The notes beneath the pieces are model-generated. The model did no database searches. It saw only the letters and a program-made list of their open reading frames with translations, and was not told the DNA's origin. From Marispirochaeta sp. (GTDB lineage Bacteria > Spirochaetota > Spirochaetia > JC444 > Marispirochaetaceae), in assembly GCA_963676835.2 (NCBI GenBank), contig CAXXFF010000001.1:160001-224000 (forward strand): DNA of 64,000 nucleotides, in the 5' to 3' direction. Shown in pieces: positions 41,084 to 52,953 of the stretch; position 1 is the first letter of the stretch, and each line of letters opens with the position of its first letter. The position numbers and the translations under genes are program-made.

Positions 41084-42251
41084 AATCCTTTCCCAAAATA
41101 ATAATGATATCCATGGGATCTTCGAATCCCTCGTCTATCTCGACATAGTCTGTCTGTATTTGAATATTTCTGCACTGGATTACCTCCGCAATGCGTTTAG
41201 CAGTCTGAGGGTCACCCAGGCGATCTATGATAACCGTTTTTTCCAGTGTTCCTTCGGCATTACCTACCCTGGCAACATCATAGCCGAAACTCTGATATAA
41301 CTGGGAGGTCCTTCCCGCCAGTCCATTAACGGCTGTACCGTTGCGTATTTCTATAGCCACCCGAAGGTCATCTTCGGAAAGCAGGTTTTCACTTTTCAGA
41401 GAATTTATAGTCTGATTAAGGGTTTCCCTGAGCAGCCTGCCCTCTGAATGGGGAAAAATAAGTTCCTGGTCGTCTACAGTCCGCTCTGTGCCTCTCAGGC
41501 GCAGCAGAACCATATTCTCCGCATCCAGACGCTTCATTGCAGCCGCAAAACTCAGAATGCCACGACTGCTGAGATCGGTGCCCACCTTTTCCGCAAAAAC
41601 CTTGCGGGCATCTTCATGCTTCAGCATCTCTTCATTCAGGCCGATACCATGGAGCAGATTCTGAAAAAAGCTCTGTCCCCGGGAGATTCTCTCTGTATCG
41701 GTTTCTCCGCTGTCACCATATTTTATAAAAACAGAAGCTTTACTGCCATCCATCACAAAACTGCCGGAAGGAAGCAGCACTGTTACACCGGATTCGACAT
41801 TTTCCACCGGGTTGGCAATAAATGTTTCCACACCCCCGATCAGATCGACCATGTCTTCCAGCTCCTTGAGACTGAAAACAAGGTAATAATCAAATTCTAT
41901 CCCGGAAATTTCTTCAATTTTCCGCATATAAGCAGAAGGGGCCTGTGAGTTATACAGTGATTCTATAGCAGCGATTCGGCTCTGATCTTTTAACAGAGAT
42001 CCGGTATTGGGAGGAATATCTACCAGTGCCCCTTTTCCGGTGCTGTCCTGATAGAGAAATATATCTGAATAGAGAATAGTATCCTCTTCGCTGATAACCA
42101 GAAGGAAGGCTGCGGGTTCATCTTTTTGAATAAGATTTTCGAACTTATCAACCCGAAGCTTGCTGTAAAAAAACAGGCCGGCGCCCAGTAGAACGGCAAC
42201 CATTATTCCCAACAAAATCAAACCGGGATCAGCAACTTTATTCTTTTTCAA
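41058..42251 (-). CDS. LCP-family protein with LytR C-terminal domain
   Basis: N-terminal TM, VDLIGGV, IRNGTAVNGLA...VGNA...IIILGKDF. Confidence 0.88.
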   Translation of the reverse strand: MKKNKVADPGLILLGIMVAVLLGAGLFFYSKLRVDKFENLIQKDEPAAFLLVISEEDTILYSDIFLYQDSTGKGALVDIPPNTGSLLKDQSRIAAIESLYNSQAPSAYMRKIEEISGIEFDYYLVFSLKELEDMVDLIGGVETFIANPVENVESGVTVLLPSGSFVMDGSKASVFIKYGDSGETDTERISRGQSFFQNLLHGIGLNEEMLKHEDARKVFAEKVGTDLSSRGILSFAAAMKRLDAENMVLLRLRGTERTVDDQELIFPHSEGRLLRETLNQTINSLKSENLLSEDDLRVAIEIRNGTAVNGLAGRTSQLYQSFGYDVARVGNAEGTLEKTVIIDRLGDPQTAKRIAEVIQCRNIQIQTDYVEIDEGFEDPMDIIIILGKDFDGRYCKE

Positions 42252-42835
42252 TCCGCCTGCTCCATATTAGCTTTTCGGTACAAACCTCTGGTTTCAATAA
42301 ACCGGTATACCTCAGGAGGTACAAGAAAACGGTAAGGGCGTCCATTTCCCACCCGTTCTCTGATCTCCGTTGATGACACTGGAAAGTCGGGATTATCGAG
42401 ACGTGAATAGGGAATGTCATCCCGGGAAACCCGCATTTCGCCTCTTCTGGCCAGATACAGATCAATACTTTCCAGAAGATCCCGATATCTCATCCATTTA
42501 TGAAACCCCGGCAAAAGATCTTCACCAATAACAAAGCCTATTCGTCCGTCAATGTTATACAGATTTTTTATATGTGCTACCGTATCGACCATATATGAGA
42601 TTCCACCCCGACTGATTTCACAGTCAGAAACCTCATACCCATAGGGTGATACTGCAGCTTCTGTCATTTGGCAGCGCAGCCCTGGATCATCTGCGGGATC
42701 TACACTTTTATGGGCTGGACGATTTGCCGGGATGAACAGAATGCGTTCATAGCCTAATGCACTCAGCTCATCGGCAAGCTGCAAATGCCCAAGATGTACA
42801 GGGTTGAAGCTTCCCCCGAGAATGGCTGTTTTCAT
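42248..42835 (-). CDS. nadD: Nicotinate-nucleotide adenylyltransferase
   Basis: GGSFNPVHLGH, VIGED, VSSTEIR. Confidence 0.95.
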   Translation of the reverse strand: MKTAILGGSFNPVHLGHLQLADELSALGYERILFIPANRPAHKSVDPADDPGLRCQMTEAAVSPYGYEVSDCEISRGGISYMVDTVAHIKNLYNIDGRIGFVIGEDLLPGFHKWMRYRDLLESIDLYLARRGEMRVSRDDIPYSRLDNPDFPVSSTEIRERVGNGRPYRFLVPPEVYRFIETRGLYRKANMEQAD

Positions 42836-43812
42836 TCCTGATTAAACAAATTACCGAAGGCTCTCTTAAGGTCATCAAGGCCTTTACCGGAAAAGCTTGA
42901 GATAATAATTACATCATCGGACATTTTTCGGCGGAACTCTTCAGCTCTGCTTCCGTCTTCGTCAAGATCACTCTTACTTCCAACAACAATCCGCGGCTTA
43001 TGAATAAGCTCCGGGTTATACTCAGCCAGTTCTTCCATCAGGGTGGCATATGAAGCGGCGGGATCTTCATCCGCAAGGTCTATAATAAATGCCAGACCTT
43101 TTGTCCTCGAAATATGCTTGAGAAACTGAAAGCCCAGCCCGGCACCATGAGAGGCCCCTTCAATAATTCCGGGAATGTCTGCAAGAATACAGTCGGTGAA
43201 ACCGATATCTGCGACACCAAGGTTGGGGATCTTTGTGGTAAAAGGATAATCAGCTACTTTAGGGTGAGCATTGGTCAAAGCTGCCAGCAGACTGGATTTA
43301 CCCGCATTGGGAAAACCTACAAAGCCGATGTCTGCGATAATGTTCATCTCTACGATGACTTCCCGCTCTTCTCCGGGAATTCCTTCCTGGGCGAAACGGG
43401 GTGCCTGACGGATGGAGTTCCTGAAATGCCAGTTTCCCTTACCGCCCTTACCACCTTTAAGAAAAATCCACTCATCTGCTGTACCCAGATCTTTCAGCAC
43501 TTTCCGGGATTCCCTGTCCCGTATAACTGTCCCTGGAGGTACAAAAATGACCACATCCTGGCCGTTCTTTCCGTGCTTACGCCGGCCTTCACCGGGTCTG
43601 CCGTTTTCAGCCTTGAATGTGCGGGTCGATTTTATTCTTGAAAGTGTTTTAAGGTTGGCTTTTACTTTAAATACGACGTCGCCGCCGATACCGCCGTCTC
43701 CCCCATCGGGACCGCCTCTGGGTACATATTTTTCCCTGCGGAAAGATATACACCCATTGCCGCCTTTTCCGGAAGAAACGACTATATCAGTTTCATCTAC
43801 AAATCCAGTCAC
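42832..43812 (-). CDS. obgE: GTPase Obg
   Basis: FRREKYVPRGGPDGGDGG, GFPNAGKS, DYPFTT, DIPG. Confidence 0.97.
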   Translation of the reverse strand: MTGFVDETDIVVSSGKGGNGCISFRREKYVPRGGPDGGDGGIGGDVVFKVKANLKTLSRIKSTRTFKAENGRPGEGRRKHGKNGQDVVIFVPPGTVIRDRESRKVLKDLGTADEWIFLKGGKGGKGNWHFRNSIRQAPRFAQEGIPGEEREVIVEMNIIADIGFVGFPNAGKSSLLAALTNAHPKVADYPFTTKIPNLGVADIGFTDCILADIPGIIEGASHGAGLGFQFLKHISRTKGLAFIIDLADEDPAASYATLMEELAEYNPELIHKPRIVVGSKSDLDEDGSRAEEFRRKMSDDVIIISSFSGKGLDDLKRAFGNLFNQE

Positions 43813-43823
43813 GAAGGGGGGTC

Positions 43824-44078
43824 TTAGGCCTCCGTCTGGATTGCGATGTACTTACGGCCGAGTCTTTCGTGGAAGAGAACAGTGCCGCTCTCTTTCGCAA
43901 AGAGGGTATCATCTTTTCCACGGCCGACATTGTTGCCGGGGTGGAACCTGGTTCCCCGCTGCCGTACCAGGATTTCTCCTGCCTTAACAATCTGTCCGCC
44001 AAAGCGTTTAACACCGAGGCGTTTAGACTCTGAATCGCGACCGTTTTTGGAGCTTCCTCCACCTTTCTTATGTGCCAT
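43824..44078 (-). CDS. rpmA: 50S ribosomal protein L27 (no N-terminal extension)
   Basis: [16 protein letters not shown], with AGGAG 7 nt upstream. Confidence 0.98.
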   Translation of the reverse strand: MAHKKGGGSSKNGRDSESKRLGVKRFGGQIVKAGEILVRQRGTRFHPGNNVGRGKDDTLFAKESGTVLFHERLGRKYIAIQTEA

Positions 44079-44089
44079 TGTCTTTCTCC

Positions 44090-44428
44090 TTAACGGATGC
44101 CTGACTGAACAGTCAATTTGACTATCTCAGGATTATCATCACTGATACCCTGCAGCCCTGTCAGCACCGTTTCGCATATACCGAACGCTCTCTCTGAGGA
44201 GTATCCGGACTCATATTCAACTGTAAAATAGACATTACCCGGTTTGGGAGCGCTGCCCTCAACCCGGGTACAGGGAAGATTCCTGAGAACTGCTGCAGCG
44301 GTACGGGAAATACTGCTTACAGCCGCACAAACCGCTGAATCTCCTCTGCCTGCAACCACTGCATGGCCTACCGCAGAATACGCGGTTATAAGCCCTTCAG
44401 ACGAAGTATATACCTCTATCTGTATCAA
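44090..44428 (-). CDS. prp: Ribosomal-processing cysteine protease Prp
   Basis: GHA...VCAAVS His/Cys motifs, located between rplU and rpmA. Confidence 0.88.
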   Translation of the reverse strand: MIQIEVYTSSEGLITAYSAVGHAVVAGRGDSAVCAAVSSISRTAAAVLRNLPCTRVEGSAPKPGNVYFTVEYESGYSSERAFGICETVLTGLQGISDDNPEIVKLTVQSGIR

Positions 44429-44446
44429 TACAGTGTCCTGACCCTG

Positions 44447-44764
44447 TCAGGCTCCGGTAATATCCTTAACCCGGATAACGGAATACTGCTGACGGTGACC
44501 CTGTTTCCGCCGATATCCTTTCCGGCGTTTGTATTTCATAACCAGGACCTTGTCGCCCTTCGTGTGATCCTCGATAGTAGCGGTAATTTTGGCATCCTTG
44601 ACATAAGGTGCTCCTACTGTAACTCCGCCTTCAGCGCTGGTCAGCAGAACGGAATCAAATTCCACTTCGCTGCCGGCTTCGCCTTCGAGTTTATCCACGT
44701 GAAGTACAGAACCCTTCTCAGCTTTGTACTGTTTTCCTTTAATCTCAACCAGTGCGTACATCAC
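44447..44764 (-). CDS. rplU: 50S ribosomal protein L21
   Basis: YALVEIKGKQYK...KYKRRKGYRRKQGHRQ. Confidence 0.98.
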   Translation of the reverse strand: MMYALVEIKGKQYKAEKGSVLHVDKLEGEAGSEVEFDSVLLTSAEGGVTVGAPYVKDAKITATIEDHTKGDKVLVMKYKRRKGYRRKQGHRQQYSVIRVKDITGA

Positions 44765-44848
44765 GACAACCTCAACTATATCTCAAACAAAAATTCGTAA
44801 GCGTTTATATACCATAGGGATAGACTGATGGTCAATAGACCCCCCGCC

Positions 44849-46309
44849 TTACGGCAGGTAGGTCTTTCCCATCAGGTAGCGGTCAATTTCACGAGCCGCT
44901 CCCCGTCCCTCATTTATAGCCCAGACAACCAGAGACTGTCCTCTACGAACGTCTCCGGCAGCAAAAACACCGTCTGCGTTCGTTGCAAACCGGCCGTATT
45001 CAGCCTGTACAGTCCCCATCTTTCCCGCTTCAAGACCGAAGGTTTCAGTCAGATGATTCTCTGCTCCTACAAAACCCATAGCAAGAAGGGCAATGTCCGC
45101 CTTGAAGGTCTCTTCAGAACCGGGAACTTCGCTCATCTGAAAACGGCCGTTTTCATCCTTTTTCCATTCAACCCGTACAGTTTTTATGGCTTCAAGCTTG
45201 CCGTTACTGCCGACAAACTCTTTTGTCAGGATATTGTATTCCCGCGGATCATTGCCGAAGCGTTCAATTGCTTCTTCATGTCCATAATCTACCTTTAACA
45301 GCTTGGGGAATGTTGGCCAGGGAAAATCCTCAGTCCGCTCTTTGGGCGGTTCAGGGAGAAGCTCGAAGTTTACCAGCCCCTCACAACCATGACGCAGGCT
45401 GGTACCGATGCAGTCACAGCCGGTGTCACCACCGCCTATTACCACAACATGCTTCCCTTTAGCATGAATCGGCGCAGAATCGGTATTGCCGTCATCGAGA
45501 AGAGTTTTGGTATTGGCTCCCAGAAACTCCATGGCAAAATGGACGCCTTGGAGATCACGCCCCGGAGCGGGAAGATCCCTGGGCACTGTTGAACCGCAGG
45601 CAAGGAGTACAGCATCAAACTCTTTCTTGAGCTCATCACCGCTTACATCCTTACCTACTTCAACGCCGGTTTTAAAAGTAACCCCGGCCTCTTCCATAAG
45701 TCTGACCCGGCGCATAACAACGTCCTTGTCCAGCTTCATGTTGGGGATACCGTACATAAGCAGTCCACCGGGGCGATCCGCCCGTTCGTAAACCGTTACT
45801 TCATGTCCTGCCTGGCAGAGCTGATCTGCAGCGGCAAGCCCTGCAGGGCCTGAACCTACAACCGCAACCTTTTTGCCGGTTTTTGTTTTCGGCAGCGCTG
45901 CTTCCACCATACCTTTATCAAAGGCGTTTTCAATAATGAAGAGCTCATTATTCTTGATGGTAACAGCCGGCTCATGAATGCCGAGTACACAGGCGTACTC
46001 ACAGGGAGCAGGACACACCCGCCCGGTAAATTCAGGAAAATTATTGGTCTTCAGAAGCCTGCGGTAGGCATCCTCATTTTTCCCGTTGTAAACAAGGTCA
46101 TTCCATTCGGGAATAATATTGTCCACCGGACAGCCGTAGCTGGAATGACAGAAAGGAACTCCGCAGTCCATACACCTGGCAGCCTGAATCTTTCTCTCTT
46201 CATCGGAGAGAAAATCAAGAAACTCGTTATAGTTTTCAAGGCGGCCCTTTGCATCAGTATAGGGGGTCGCCTTCCGTTCATAGTCCAAGAAACCTGTGGG
46301 CTTACCCAT
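44849..46309 (-). CDS. gltD: Glutamate synthase small subunit
   Basis: [31 protein letters not shown]. Confidence 0.97.
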   Translation of the reverse strand: MGKPTGFLDYERKATPYTDAKGRLENYNEFLDFLSDEERKIQAARCMDCGVPFCHSSYGCPVDNIIPEWNDLVYNGKNEDAYRRLLKTNNFPEFTGRVCPAPCEYACVLGIHEPAVTIKNNELFIIENAFDKGMVEAALPKTKTGKKVAVVGSGPAGLAAADQLCQAGHEVTVYERADRPGGLLMYGIPNMKLDKDVVMRRVRLMEEAGVTFKTGVEVGKDVSGDELKKEFDAVLLACGSTVPRDLPAPGRDLQGVHFAMEFLGANTKTLLDDGNTDSAPIHAKGKHVVVIGGGDTGCDCIGTSLRHGCEGLVNFELLPEPPKERTEDFPWPTFPKLLKVDYGHEEAIERFGNDPREYNILTKEFVGSNGKLEAIKTVRVEWKKDENGRFQMSEVPGSEETFKADIALLAMGFVGAENHLTETFGLEAGKMGTVQAEYGRFATNADGVFAAGDVRRGQSLVVWAINEGRGAAREIDRYLMGKTYLP

Positions 46310-49300
46310 TTACGGCCTCCTTTTCACTCTTGGCTTTCATTTCATTCAGTACACGCTTGTAGTCCCGGGGCATAACCTTGCGGAAACCGGCAGCATTCTT
46401 TTCCCATTTATCAAGGATTCCTGCTGCAACAGAGGACCCGGTCTTCTGCTCATGCTTCTCGATCATGCCGCGGAGATAATCGGAATCCTCTTTTTCAAGA
46501 GTTTCCAGATCGACCAGCTCATCGTTATAAAGATCATCAAGCTTCTTATCGGGGTCATAGACATAGGCAATTCCGCCGGACATACCGGCAGCGAAGTTAC
46601 GCCCGACAGATCCGAGAACAATTGCCCGGCCGCCGGTCATATACTCACAGCCGTGATCACCGACACCCTCTATTACAACCTCAGCACCGGAGTTACGTAC
46701 ACAGAAGCGCTCTGCCGCCTTACCACGGATAAATGCCTGACCACCGGTGGCTCCATAGAAGCCGACGTTACCGATGATAACATTTTCCTCCGGTTTAAAG
46801 CTTGCCTCTTTGGGAGGCTTGATTACCAGGGTTCCGCCGGAAAGACCTTTTCCGACGTAGTCATTGGCATCGCCTTCCAGCTGGAAGCTGACACCCTTTG
46901 AGAGCCATGCGCCGAAACTCTGTCCGGCTGAGCCGAAGAATTTTACATTCAGCTTTGTATCCTGCAGGCCGGCATAACCGTATTTCTTGGCTATGATACT
47001 CGAAAGTATGGTACCAACCGTGCGATCGGTGTTCTTGATACTGTAGGTAAGGTCGAGAGACTCTTTACCGTCAATAACATGGGCTGCATCTTCAACAATG
47101 CGCCGGTCCAGTACAAATTCAAGACCATGGTCCTGTTTTCTGGAACAGTAGACACCGGCTTCGGGATAAGGCTTAACAGCCTGCATGAGTACCGGAGAGA
47201 GATCCAGTCCCTTGTCTTTCCAGTTGAGAACATCTGTATCTGCTTCAAGCATATCCGCCCGGCCGATCATCTCATTCATGGTCCTGAACCCGAGGCTCGC
47301 CATGATTTCCCGAACGCTTTCGGCAAGATAGGTAAAGTAGGCTACAACATCCTCTACACGGCCTTTAAACTTGTTCCTGAGCCGCGGATCCTGGGTAGCG
47401 ATACCGACAGGACAGGTATTTTTCTGACACTTGCGCATCATAATACAGCCCATGGTAATAAGCGCCGCGGTACTGAAGCCGAACTCTTCCGCTCCCAGCA
47501 GTGATGCGATTACTACATCCCGGCCTGTTTTCAGCTGACCATCGGTCTGCAGGACAACCCGGGAACGGAGGTCATTCATAACCAGGGTTTGATGGGTTTC
47601 CGCGATTCCGAGCTCCCACGGGAGTCCGGCATTCTTGAGACCCGTAAGGGGTGATGCACCGGTACCGCCGTCATGACCTGAAATAAGGATATGATCAGCA
47701 TGTCCCTTGGCAACACCTGCAGCGATGGTACCGACACCAACCTCGGATACCAGCTTTACACTGATCCGGGATGATTCATTAGCGTTTTTAAGGTCGTATA
47801 TAAGCTGGGCCAGGTCCTCAATAGAGTAGATGTCATGATGAGGAGGAGGACTGATAAGTCCTACACCTGGAGTTGAGTACCTGGTTTTGGCGATAAAATC
47901 GTAAACCTTCTGTCCGGGAAGCTCACCGCCCTCTCCGGGCTTGGCTCCCTGGGCCATTTTAATCTGGATTTCATCGGAGTTGGCCAGATATTCAATAGTA
48001 ACACCGAACCGGCCTGACGCTACCTGCTTAATGGCAGAACGCTTGGAATCTCCGTTTGCCAGAGGCTTGAACCGTGCGGGATCCTCACCACCCTCACCGG
48101 TATTTGACTTTCCACCGATGCGGTTAAGCGCTATAGCGAGGGTTTCGTGGGCTTCCTGCGAGATGGAACCGTAACTCATGGCTCCGGTTACAAAGCGCTT
48201 GAGAATGTTCTCAACCGGCTCAACTTCATCGATGGAGATGGCTTCTGCCTTTTTAAAACGCATCATGCCGCGGATAGTTGCCTGTCGTCCGGAACGTGCA
48301 TCAAGACGGTCGCAGAACTTGTTGAACATATCCTTCCGCTTGTACCTGGTGGCCATCTGCAGGGTTGCAATGGATTCCGGATCCCACATGTGCTGTTCAC
48401 CGTCCATACGGTAGGAGTATTCCCCGTTGTTGAGAAAATCTTCCCACTCGGGTGCATTTCCTTCAGGAAAGGCTTTCTCGTGGCGCATAAGACTCTCTTT
48501 GGCGAGTACCGCGAAATCTGCACCCTGAATCCGGGATGCGGTTCCCGCAAAACAGCGGTCCACAACAGTAGATGCGAGGCCGACTGCCTCAAATATCTGA
48601 GCACCCTTGTAACTCTTGAGGGTTGAAATTCCCATTTTACCGAATACCTTGCGCATACCTTTGGCAACAGCATCACGGTAGGAATCAACCAGCACCTTTT
48701 CGCCGTAACTCTTATCCATGTAACCCTTTGCTTCCAGATAAGAGAGACTTTCAAGAGCAAGATAGGGGTTAACCGCATCCGCACCATAACCGGTAAGAAG
48801 ACAGAAATGGTGAACCTCTCTGGGTTCGCCGGATTCAAGCACAATACCAATCTGGGCACGCTTCGCTTCACGAACAAGGTGATGATGAACCGCACCAACA
48901 GCAATAAGGGCACTAATCGGAACCCGTGAGGCTGAGGCGTTTCTGTCGGAGAGCACCACCAGGGCGTAGCCGTCGGCTATGGCTTTTTCGGCTTCAGCGG
49001 TAATCCGGTCAAGGGCCGCAGAAAGCCCTGCATCACCTTCGCTGCGGTCGTAGGTAATATCGATGGTCAGGGATTTCCATCCCCGGTGATCCATGGATTT
49101 AACAGCCGCAAGTTCCGCATTGGTCAGCACCGGCATGGGGACATGCAGGCGGTGAGCATGGGTTTCATCTATGGAGAGAAGGTTTCCTTCCGGTCCGATA
49201 TAGGAATCCAGGGACATGATAATCTCTTCACGGATTGAATCGATGGGCGGGTTGGTAACCTGAGCAAAGAGCTCCTTGAAATAGTCATACATCAGCCGTG

Positions 49301-50840
49301 ACCGCTCGGAAAGAACCGCCAGGGGAGTATCGTTACCCATGGAACCAAGGGGTTCCTTGTGGGTTTCAACCATTGGCTTGAGGATCACCTGCAGATGCTC
49401 AGTGGTATAACCGAACATCTTCAGCCGCTCAAGAATGGTATCCTCATCGAGACCGGGAACATCAGCAGGAACCGGGACCTCACTTAAAGGTATCCGCTGC
49501 TTCGCAAGCCAGTCACCATAGGGGCGCTTACCGGTAATTCTGGACTTAAGTTCTTCATCGCCGATAATCCGGCCTTCCTCGAAGTCTACCAGGAACATTT
49601 TTCCCGGCTCCAGACGTCCCTTGCTGACCACCGTTTCCGGAGGAACAGGAAGTACACCTACTTCGCTGGCCATAATGACCATCTCTTCCTTGGTCACATA
49701 GTACCGGGAAGGACGCAGACCGTTACGGTCGAGAACAGCACCGATCACCTTACCGTCGGTGAAGCTGATGGATGCCGGACCGTCCCAGGGCTCCATGATA
49801 CAGGAGTTGTAGTCGTAGAAATCCTTCTTCTTCTGGTCCATGTGCTGATGATTCTCATAAGCCTCGGGAATCATCATCATGACAGCCTCTTCCATGGGAC
49901 GGCCGTCGAGATAGAGAAGCTCAAGAACATTATCAAAGGTTCCTGAATCGGAAAGATCCGGCTCAATTACCGGGAAACTATCCTGAAGGGCCGGGCCGAA
50001 GGTCTCACTCTTAAGCCCCCCCTCTCTGGAACGCATTTTATTTACGTTACCTCTGAGGGTGTTGATCTCACCATTGTGGCTCATATAGCGCAGGGGCTGA
50101 GCACGGTCCCAGCTTGGAAAGGTGTTGGTTGAGAATCTTGAGTGAACCATGGCAAGATGGCTCTTGTAATCCGGATCCTGCAGGTCCGTAAAATACTGGG
50201 GCAGCTGCTCCGGGGTGAGCATACCTTTATATACCAGGATTTTGGTGGACAGGCTGCAGACATAAAAGAAATGATCAGGATCATTCTCGCTGCCGCGGAA
50301 GGTATTGGTAAGCTTTTTACGCAGGATGTAGAGATCACGGTCAAAAGACTCCTGATCCGTTCCCTCTTTGCGACTGATAAAAACCTGTTCCATCCAGGGC
50401 TCACTTGCCAGGGCGGATGGACCAATCATGCTGTTGTCACGGGGAACAACCCGCCAGCCGAGAACAGAATGGCCGGCTTCGGCGCAGAGCTCTGTTGCTT
50501 TGTCCTTTATAACCTTCCGATGCGCTTCATTTTCGGGAAGGAACAGCATGCCTACCGCATATGAGCCGCGGCCGGGAAGCTCCATCTTCAGTTCATCTTT
50601 GGCAACTCTCTCAAGAAGCTCCCAGGGAACCGCTGTCTGGATTCCGGCACCGTCTCCGGTGTTCACCTCGGCGCCTACAGCACCGCGATGGGTCATGTTA
50701 ATAAGAATTTCTTCCGCATTACGGATAATAGAGTGACTGCGCTCGCCTTTCATATGGGCGACAAAGCCGACTCCGCAGTTGTCATGTTCGAACTCGGGCC
50801 GATATAAGCCAACCGGACCGGGTCTCTTTTTCAGATGCAT
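46302..50840 (-). CDS. gltB: Glutamate synthase large subunit
   Basis: [38 protein letters not shown]. Confidence 0.98.
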   Translation of the reverse strand: MHLKKRPGPVGLYRPEFEHDNCGVGFVAHMKGERSHSIIRNAEEILINMTHRGAVGAEVNTGDGAGIQTAVPWELLERVAKDELKMELPGRGSYAVGMLFLPENEAHRKVIKDKATELCAEAGHSVLGWRVVPRDNSMIGPSALASEPWMEQVFISRKEGTDQESFDRDLYILRKKLTNTFRGSENDPDHFFYVCSLSTKILVYKGMLTPEQLPQYFTDLQDPDYKSHLAMVHSRFSTNTFPSWDRAQPLRYMSHNGEINTLRGNVNKMRSREGGLKSETFGPALQDSFPVIEPDLSDSGTFDNVLELLYLDGRPMEEAVMMMIPEAYENHQHMDQKKKDFYDYNSCIMEPWDGPASISFTDGKVIGAVLDRNGLRPSRYYVTKEEMVIMASEVGVLPVPPETVVSKGRLEPGKMFLVDFEEGRIIGDEELKSRITGKRPYGDWLAKQRIPLSEVPVPADVPGLDEDTILERLKMFGYTTEHLQVILKPMVETHKEPLGSMGNDTPLAVLSERSRLMYDYFKELFAQVTNPPIDSIREEIIMSLDSYIGPEGNLLSIDETHAHRLHVPMPVLTNAELAAVKSMDHRGWKSLTIDITYDRSEGDAGLSAALDRITAEAEKAIADGYALVVLSDRNASASRVPISALIAVGAVHHHLVREAKRAQIGIVLESGEPREVHHFCLLTGYGADAVNPYLALESLSYLEAKGYMDKSYGEKVLVDSYRDAVAKGMRKVFGKMGISTLKSYKGAQIFEAVGLASTVVDRCFAGTASRIQGADFAVLAKESLMRHEKAFPEGNAPEWEDFLNNGEYSYRMDGEQHMWDPESIATLQMATRYKRKDMFNKFCDRLDARSGRQATIRGMMRFKKAEAISIDEVEPVENILKRFVTGAMSYGSISQEAHETLAIALNRIGGKSNTGEGGEDPARFKPLANGDSKRSAIKQVASGRFGVTIEYLANSDEIQIKMAQGAKPGEGGELPGQKVYDFIAKTRYSTPGVGLISPPPHHDIYSIEDLAQLIYDLKNANESSRISVKLVSEVGVGTIAAGVAKGHADHILISGHDGGTGASPLTGLKNAGLPWELGIAETHQTLVMNDLRSRVVLQTDGQLKTGRDVVIASLLGAEEFGFSTAALITMGCIMMRKCQKNTCPVGIATQDPRLRNKFKGRVEDVVAYFTYLAESVREIMASLGFRTMNEMIGRADMLEADTDVLNWKDKGLDLSPVLMQAVKPYPEAGVYCSRKQDHGLEFVLDRRIVEDAAHVIDGKESLDLTYSIKNTDRTVGTILSSIIAKKYGYAGLQDTKLNVKFFGSAGQSFGAWLSKGVSFQLEGDANDYVGKGLSGGTLVIKPPKEASFKPEENVIIGNVGFYGATGGQAFIRGKAAERFCVRNSGAEVVIEGVGDHGCEYMTGGRAIVLGSVGRNFAAGMSGGIAYVYDPDKKLDDLYNDELVDLETLEKEDSDYLRGMIEKHEQKTGSSVAAGILDKWEKNAAGFRKVMPRDYKRVLNEMKAKSEKEAVNG

Positions 50841-50875
50841 AGAACCTCCAGGGAGATAATGGGCCCTAATATTTA

Positions 50876-50891
50876 TGCAATTTTCATGCCA
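50876..50891 (-). promoter_or_regulatory. sigma54 (-24/-12) promoter of gltBD
   Basis: Minus strand TGGCAT-GAAAA-TTGCA: exact GG-N10-GC spacing, 35 nt above the ATG, with a GGAGG RBS. Confidence 0.8.
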
Positions 50892-51044
50892 AACATGACA
50901 GAAAACGGCATATATACTGTCCCGATTTAAATGTTAACTTTGGGTTAAAATAAATCTATTGCTAAAAATAAAATACCTGCACACTCAGATGCAGCAGAAG
51001 CAAGGGTGCAAGACTATAGGGTCGCAGCTAATTTATCAAATTCC

Positions 51045-51070
51045 GCAATCCTACACAAGAGTAGGATTGC
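51045..51070. repeat. Perfect 10-bp inverted repeat downstream of argS
   Basis: GCAATCCTAC-ACAAGA-GTAGGATTGC. Lacks a canonical U-tract in the argS direction. Confidence 0.6.
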
Positions 51071-51103
51071 AAAAAGTTTTTCCCACGTTGACGTAGGATA
51101 ACG

Positions 51104-52876
51104 CTACATTTTTTCCACGAAAGGAATATTCAGCAGGTACATCCCGTTTTTCAGTACACACAGTACAGCCTCTGCCAGCGCCAGTCTTGTTACCACCAGG
51201 GGCTTGCTTTCTGCGGCAAGGATAGGTGTATCGTGATAATAGCGGGAAAAGGTTTTTGCTATCTCATAGAGATAGCTGGTCAATACCGACGGGTTGTACT
51301 GTGCCGCAGACAGGGCTACAGCATTGCTGAAATCTGCAGCCTGTTTTACAAGTTCCCGCTCTTCACGATTTGTCAGCAATGTGCCGTCGGCCTTTATACC
51401 TTCAAACTCATTGGATCTCTCTTCAAACTTCCTTCTCATTGAAGAAATTCTGGCGCCCATATACTGGAGATAGGGTCCGGTATTTCCATTAAACGAGAGG
51501 GATTCCTTCGGGTTGAACACCATATCCTTATTCGGGGAAACCTGAAGCAGATAATAATGAAGAGCCGCAAGAGCCACTTTACGGCCGGTCTCCTCTACCG
51601 AGTCAACCTCACCTTCCCGTTCCTTCTCTTTTATTTCAGCTGCAGCCATGGCGGAGAGTTCCCGGATAAGATCATCCGCGTCGACCACGGTTCCTTCCCG
51701 GGATTTCATTTTACCTTCCGGAAGATTAACCATGCCGTAACTGAGGTGAAAAAGGTTTTTTGCCCAGGAGAATCCCAGTTTATCCAGTACGTGAAAGAGT
51801 ACACGGAAGTGATACTGCTGTTCGCTTCCCACCACATACACCAGCCGTTCAAAGTGCCAGTCCTTCTGCCGCTGGATAGCTGTCCCTATATCCTGGGTCA
51901 GATAGAGGGATGTTCCGTCACTCCTCAGGAGCACCTTTTTGTCCAGTCCGATTTCTTCCAGGTCAACCCAGACCGAATTGTCTTCCTCCCGGTAAAAGGC
52001 ACCTTTATCAAGGCCTTTAAGAATCTCGTCCTTTCCAAGGGTATAGGTCCGGCTTTCGTAATAGACCTGGTCAAAACTGATGCCCGTTGCCTTATAGGTC
52101 TGCTCTATACCGCCGATGGCCCAGCTGTTCATCAGCTTCCAGAGCTCGGTAACCTCCGGATCGCCGTCTTCCCAGGCAACCAGCATGGCCCGGGCCTCTT
52201 CATCGGCAGCGGGATACTCTTTTACCCAGTCGTTGAACTTTACATAATAGTCGCCTACGAAGCGGTCGCTTTTTATTCCCGTTGATTCCGGGGTGGCCCC
52301 ATTACTGAATTTCTTATAGGCAAGCATGGACTTGCAGATATGCACACCGCGGTCGTTTATAAGGTTCACCTTGCGGACATCAGCACCGGCTGCTTTGAGA
52401 ATACGGGAGATACTTTCACCAAGAGCATCATTCCTGAGATGCCCGAGATGAAGAGGTTTGTTGGTATTGGGGCAGGAGAACTCAACCATTACCGGTATCC
52501 CCTTGAGGGAATCTCCATGACCATATTCCGCAGGGAGATCTTTAGTCGCTGCAAGCAGATCTTCCGCAACGCCGGAAACAGAAAAGGCCACATTCAGATA
52601 GGGACCGGCAACCTTAACCTCGCCGTCGAGCCCTGAGTTGACAGAAATAGTTTCTGCCAGTCGAGCGGCTATAGCGGGCGGGGCCATTTTAAACAGTTTC
52701 GCATAAGGGAAAAGAGGAAAGGCAATATCGCCCATTTCCGGGTTCGGAGGAACACCGGGAACAAGGGCGGCTGAATCAACCTCTGCGGCATCAATTCCGC
52801 TGCTTTCCGCCAGACGGCGAAGTTCTGCCAGGACCGCGTTGATCCATGAATTTTTCAGTTTATCTATTCCGGCCAT
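51104..52876 (-). CDS. argS: Arginine--tRNA ligase
   Basis: EFSCPNTNKPLHLGHLRN, KMKSREG, TGPYLQY. Confidence 0.97.
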   Translation of the reverse strand: MAGIDKLKNSWINAVLAELRRLAESSGIDAAEVDSAALVPGVPPNPEMGDIAFPLFPYAKLFKMAPPAIAARLAETISVNSGLDGEVKVAGPYLNVAFSVSGVAEDLLAATKDLPAEYGHGDSLKGIPVMVEFSCPNTNKPLHLGHLRNDALGESISRILKAAGADVRKVNLINDRGVHICKSMLAYKKFSNGATPESTGIKSDRFVGDYYVKFNDWVKEYPAADEEARAMLVAWEDGDPEVTELWKLMNSWAIGGIEQTYKATGISFDQVYYESRTYTLGKDEILKGLDKGAFYREEDNSVWVDLEEIGLDKKVLLRSDGTSLYLTQDIGTAIQRQKDWHFERLVYVVGSEQQYHFRVLFHVLDKLGFSWAKNLFHLSYGMVNLPEGKMKSREGTVVDADDLIRELSAMAAAEIKEKEREGEVDSVEETGRKVALAALHYYLLQVSPNKDMVFNPKESLSFNGNTGPYLQYMGARISSMRRKFEERSNEFEGIKADGTLLTNREERELVKQAADFSNAVALSAAQYNPSVLTSYLYEIAKTFSRYYHDTPILAAESKPLVVTRLALAEAVLCVLKNGMYLLNIPFVEKM

Positions 52877-52953
52877 GTATGCCCTCTCCCCGCACCTATA
52901 CGCCTAGGCAGTATATTAAGTACATATAGCAGTTTCTGGATTTGCCAACAAAT

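Noticed and set aside
50978..51010. NtrC binding site
   Set aside because: TGCAC/TGCA half-sites are present but spacing does not fit TGCAC-N7-GTGCA.
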